Assembly: GCF_964355755.1 (NCBI RefSeq)
Contig: NC_092675.1
Coordinates: forward strand, 20,370,912 to 20,434,911
Source: Antedon mediterranea
Taxonomy: Eukaryota > Animalia > Echinodermata
Length of the DNA: 64,000 bases
Direction: 5' to 3'
In this document: positions 58,547-64,000 of the stretch, piece by piece
How the letters are laid out: every line of letters begins with the position of its first letter
Numbering within the stretch: the stretch's first letter is position 1
Notes under the pieces: model-generated
What the model saw: only the letters and a program-made list of their open reading frames with translations
Told to the model about the DNA's origin: nothing
Databases searched by the model: none
Made by a program: the position numbers and the translations under genes

Positions 58547-58748
58547 TACAATTGAAGTGAATACGCCCAGAAAATGTAGCACGAGAAAACCGACGTCACA
58601 GTAGAACCTCAAGAGGACTAAAATCTAGGCCAAATTTCAGGGGTAGCAAGCGTGTATAAAAATCTGAATGTTCATGCAGTATTATGTTTTACAATTACGA
58701 CGAATAAATTCAAAGTTAGACGATGTATTCCTAGTCCGCAAGTCATAT

Positions 58749-58897
58749 AACTCGGTTCCTATTTTTGGACGAAAGCGCACCGCCAGTAATTTGACCAATC
58801 ACGTCGCGATGGATCATCCGAACTGTCGCTTGTGATTGGTCAATTCACAATCCCGTTACGCCTATGTCACACCTTGCGTTCAAATAGGAACTAAGCT
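58749..58897. mobile_element. Small palindromic MITE (Harbinger-like)
   Basis: AACTCGGTTCCTATTT ... AAATAGGAACTAAGCT termini and internal TGACCAATCAC / GTGATTGGTCA inverted pair; TSD unclear. Confidence 0.55.
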
Positions 58898-61727
58898 TGT
58901 ACGGTACTTATAGTACTTATTTTGGGTGTATTTATTCCGCATTGCTGTTCGCCTTAAAATGTTGTTCGATCATCTGCGATATGCACAATTATCATAATGG
59001 CATCAAATTTATGAATGTGATCGAGTGGTATACTGTACCTGTGAGTCTTTTTTTTTAACCATAGACCTACATTTCTTCTTTTTTTCTTCGCCGTTTTAAC
59101 TTAATTGAAACAGACTAAAGCTATAACTATGAAATTAATTAATGATAACATTATCGAACTAAAAACCAGAATTAATATTCTTGTAGGCCTTCATACTGTT
59201 GCGTTTGTTGATGCACATAAAACGAAGAAATACGTTTCCAAAAAACATGACGTTAACGTATTGGAAAAACACACCTATTAAAAGTTTTATTCAAAGTGTA
59301 TTGTCCACTAAGCAAATGTTTTATGTCGCGAGAACGCAATTCGTATAAATATTTTCATCTATTGTGCTTTTTGACACGAAAAAATGACATACCGACCTAA
59401 CATCAGAGTTCATATGTTCGATTCGCGGAAATATATCGCTTTGTGAAAAACAGGCTCGAATAGTGAAGGAAGAGGCGATAGGCCTACTAGTGTTGTTAAA
59501 AAATGACATACGATCCATGGATCAATTAATTAATTAATTAAATAAGGAAAAAAGAATATTGTCATCTAAATGAAACAATAAGATAACCGAGAAATGCGGA
59601 AACAGTGTGTATATTGTATTGCCCATAATAGTGGAGCACAAGGATTGTTGGTTGCTAACTAAAACCAGGAAGCAACAAAAAAGAAGAGGAGGAAAACACC
59701 AATGTTGTCCATATGGAGCACGTGTCAGTAGGTCGTAGACCTAGTATTGTATGTTTGTTTAAATAAAACAAGGCAATATAACAACTAAGTATTGCATTAT
59801 TTGTCTAAATATGATGGTGGTTTCTAAAACCAGGAAGTAATATAACATGTGGTTTAAAATTAAGGAAAGAGAATGAAGGTCGTATTCTAATCACATTTTT
59901 CTTAAATACTAAGTCAATAAATATTAAGGATTACAATTAAGTTAATAGATATTAAGGTGATTGAAAAACAAAAAAGACCTTGGATAGAATTCTTAAAGTT
60001 TCCCTTTGCTTAATTTTTATATTACTTACTCAATTAAAGTCAATAAAGTTGTGTTCACTTAGAATTCTTAAATTTTCCTTTCATTGAAAATAAAGTATTC
60101 AAATAAGAATTTAACTTAAGTAAATGAACATTAAGGATTTCAATTAAGTAAATAGATTTGCAGATTTGTGTTCAGTTTAGATAGAATTTTGAAATTTGTC
60201 CTTTGCCTAATTTTATTTTTATTAAGTTAAAAACTAAGTATTCAATAAGGTTAATAGGCCTAAATATTAATGGTTTTCACTTAAATTGTGTTCACTAAAG
60301 AATTGTTAAATTTTCCTTTTAATTTAAGTGTGAATGGGGAACATTGGCCATTAAATTTCGGAAATTGTACTCTTGATGCCTACTGTGCCTGTCAAACCCA
60401 TATATGCAAATAAAAAATTTATATAAAAATGGGAGGGGGGTTGAGATGTACGAGGTAGGAAGATGGTACACAAAAATATAGTACTAAGGATAAATAAAAA
60501 GATGGTACAAAAAAATGTGAAAAACTACTAGCAATAGAATGTAAAAAGAAATAAAAACTTTTAAAAAAATACATAATAATCAAAATCTACATTTCATAGT
60601 GATTAAATATAAATGTCTGAAAGAAATACAATGCCAAGACGCATATCTCAACAATGGAAAAGCGTTTTAATGTATTTTACATTGAACGCAGGCCGAATTC
60701 AACACATTTAATTCAACTTCACATTAAAGTCCCCTTTTCTTAATAAATCAATGTCAATATTCCAACTAAACCAAAATAGAAAATTGTATCAATAAAATAG
60801 GCTCAGCAACTAAAACGACCAAAAACTGTTTTCTTACGGAATCATTTTGCATTTTTAAAAAAACATAGCGCATTATACACAGTTATGGAACATAGGAAAA
60901 TAAAGTATTATGTCGTGGGAACACAAATTATATATTTCAACAATTATAATCGAAGAAATGCATTTATATTTTACAAGTCAAAGAGAATACCTCTAAACCA
61001 ACAAGCTGAGACGGCGACTTTTTACACTTCACTTATTTTCTCATTCTCATCTTATTCAAAATTAGTTTTTCTTAAAACTTTTAAAACCCAAAAATGTTGT
61101 CAAATCTAAATACAATATTTATGAAACAGAGTTTTTAAAAAGTACCACAATACAATGCAGTCTTTTATTTACTGTGAGGGAACTATTTGTATTAAAGACC
61201 TTATACCAACAACATAGGAAACTCATATTTTTCTTCATAGAGCACGGTATACCTTGCACCGAAAACATAGGTAACTTGGTAATAGTAGGTCTACTCTGTG
61301 CATGCTATATTATACATCAAGAGAAATCAGGTTTCGTACCTTGTCGGTTTATGGAGTTTAATACATATACATTTCAAATAAACATAAAACATGGATCATT
61401 GAATTTGTACAAACAATTATGCATATTAACTTAACTACAGTATTAAGCATGTTTTTATTCTGGTGAAAATGGCATTAATTTACAATAAACAAATATGGAT
61501 TAAAAAAAAAGTGTTTACAAATATTGAATTAATTTACATTGATTTTTTAGCCGAAAAAACAATGAAACCTAAAGATGTCAATAGATCATGATTTCATAAG
61601 TATTTTAAAAAAGTAATCAGCTTAGTCCATGCTATTGTTTTGCTATATTTACACTTAATAGTCAGTCACAAATTTACCCTTTGAATGAAATTCTAACCAA
61701 CATTCATTTTTAACAATATTTCTAAGA

Positions 61728-63931
61728 CTAAAAACGAAAGTGAGGAGGGTAACCACCTCGCATCAGTGGGCGGCGTTCTGGAAGCCGACGCGGTGGTGGT
61801 GGTCCATATTCGTGATATGGGTGCCCTCTTTGATACCTGTACGGATGGTCTTGGTATCGGTGCTCTTCATATCGGCTATCCTCATAGCGTGAACCAGCAT
61901 ATGGTGGAGGAGGCCTATGGTGATAATCCGGTACATCCATACGTCGACGCGGTCTGTAATCGTCATAGTGCCCTCTATAGTGGTCATGATCCAAGGAATC
62001 GTACGAGTGATGCTCTTCTCTATAATCATCCCATTCATTAGATTCTTCAGTGTAATTTTTAGCGGGAACAACAACTGAACTTAGTCTGCGCTTCAAAGCT
62101 GGTTTAGCAGGAGCAGGAGCACCGAGTACTGGTATAGCATTTCTGACTGGCTGTTTAACTACAGAAACTATTGACTTAACTGGGCTTGGGAGATCTAAAA
62201 GCGGGACAATCTTTACATTAGATGGAGGTGTACCAGGTGGTGGGCCAGCTCGTTTTGCATTTGGTGGCGGAGGCCCAGGCGGTGGCCCGGGTGGTGGACC
62301 AGCACTACCTATAGTTGTAATAGTTGATATTTTCTCAGTTTTCATTGTGTTAGCAATAGACATGATTGGTTGTGGAGTAACAGGTGAAGCTACAGTAACT
62401 GTGGGGGGCTGAGTGGTTATGTCCTCCTCAGGTACAGATTCTTGAACACTCTCAGGTTTATCTTTTTCACACTTGACCACACTGTCATCTTCTTCGTCAT
62501 CTTCATCATCATCTTGTTTCAGTGAAGACAAAAATGCGCCAAGGGCTATGGAATGAGATGATTTAATTTTAGTTTCTGGCAACTTCTCCCTTTTTGGTGG
62601 TTCTACATCATCAATGTTGTTAGCATCTGGAGCTTGTCGTCTTTTCAATATTGAGCGAGGTTTTGATAATTCAACGTCTTTTGAGGAGTCGGTTGTCATT
62701 TGTTGATCGTCTGTACCTTCACTAGCTTGATCTACATCATTTCTTTGAAGCTTTTCTTCCATTTCAGATTTTGATTTGAATGTTTGATCATCAACAGTTG
62801 GAACAGTCTTTAGAGCCGTTAGGTTGCTGAGCAGATTTGGTCTTTGTACATTACGAGGTTGCTTTGATGCCGTTATAATCCTGGTTAAGAACCCAATTGG
62901 ATTTGTTTTAGCTTGCTGCATTAATTCTTTATCTTCTGCTTCATCTTCAACTGTGTTGTACTCATCTGGGGCACTGTAGCTAGGCTGTGAGTACTCCTTA
63001 CTGTTACCTTCATACGAAGTCCTTTGGTTAACGTATGGTTTGTAACTGTCACTGGTATAACTATTATCATAGCTTTCACTTGGAAAACTTGGCGTCTGAT
63101 ACTCTTGTTGCGGGTCTGAATAATTAACGCCTGACGATGGCTTGTAATCATTCTGTGGCATGGGAGGAGGGACAGATGGGGGGTAATTTGCCGCAAAATT
63201 GGGCGGCGGCACTGTTAGGTCATATGAATTGAGTGCTGAGTAGGCTGATGGCTGAACTGTCTGCTTGGTTGGAGAATATAGATCTGGTGAAGGCGGAGGA
63301 TTATACTGCGCATTGTTTGATGATGTCGGTATTGTTGAATAATTTGCCTCCTGACTGTTTTGTTGTCCATAGAACGGAGGAGCAGTGTACACTGCTGGTG
63401 CGTAGTTTTGCGAATATACACCAGACGATGTTGGCTGTGCTGATGTACCAATAGATGTAGCAGTATAACTTGCGTCTGTGGTTGTAGCATTTTGGAAATA
63501 CGCATTAGAAGTAAATGGAGCATTAGTTTGAGGGGTACTGACTGGTGGCGGTATCTGTGAAGGTACTGGTTGCGGTATTTGTGGAGGGGCTGATGGCGCA
63601 TATGTAGTCGAATACTGCTGTGTTGATTCTGTGTACATGCTGCTGTATGTTGAGGTGTTTGTCTCTGTCGGAAATGAAACGGGTGGAAAATTGGAACTTG
63701 TATCATGTACAGGTGGTACAGGTTGAGGGAATGGAGAAGGGGGAAGTGGGGGTAAAAGATTTTGGGCTGTAGCCTGGTATGAAGGTTGGACTGTGTTGTA
63801 AGTGTCAGATTGACTGTTTGTAATAGGGGAAATGTTTAATCCTTCTGGAGTGCCTTCTGGTGAAGGAGCGGAACCATTTGATTCTGGCGAATAGGATGCT
63901 GGTGCATCATCGGCATACTTCCCAACTTGAC
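61728..63931 (-). CDS. Large terminal coding exon (~734 codons) of a Pro/Ser/Tyr-rich, low-complexity nuclear-type protein, possibly RPRD2-like; upstream exons are outside the window
   Basis: Uninterrupted 2.2-kb ORF with raised GC. T-rich acceptor TTTGTATTTTTTTGAAG|G at 63932. Stop at 61728 followed by an AT-rich UTR with AATAAA candidates. APSP motifs, poly-Pro and an R/P/Y-rich C-terminus. No globular domain is visible, so the family is tentative. Confidence 0.8.
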
Positions 63932-64000
63932 CTTCAAAAAAATACAAACAATATTACTGTTAATATTACAGTATGACATAAATTGAAACTCTTCTGTACT

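Noticed and set aside
59850-60330. Weak periodic AT-rich repeats (AGAATT..AAA.TTTCC, GTGTTCA)
   Set aside because: Too degenerate to define a unit by eye; probably an old minisatellite.
63932-63947. Start codon of the 739-aa ORF
   Set aside because: The TTG start lies in the polypyrimidine tract of an intron; the ORF is a terminal exon.

Overview
AT-rich animal (invertebrate-like, possibly echinoderm; inference only) genomic DNA with no prokaryotic features. Most of the window is an imperfect tandem segmental duplication (copy A ~1236-23758, copy B ~33908-57220). Each copy carries a single-exon, minisatellite-like C2H2 zinc-finger array of 84-bp units: about 75 fingers in A and about 35 in B, each with an open 5' part and a decayed 3' tail. 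The two copies differ by many copy-specific insertions. Copy A has a Ty3/Gypsy LTR element nested inside another, a solo LTR and MITEs. Copy B has a 14.4-kb block made of two oppositely oriented arms of a 97-bp satellite around a ~191-bp satellite, followed by a promoter-like CTAGG-rich region, and also a foldback element. Between the copies lie a multi-level nest of DNA transposons and a MULE remnant. The right end holds the large terminal coding exon of a Pro/Ser-rich host gene on the minus strand. The most unusual signals are the inverted satellite block with a putative spliced transcript pointing into it, the concerted evolution of the finger arrays, and two 23-30 bp hairpin insertions with 7-bp target duplications. 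All coordinates and counts were read by eye; no database searches were run.
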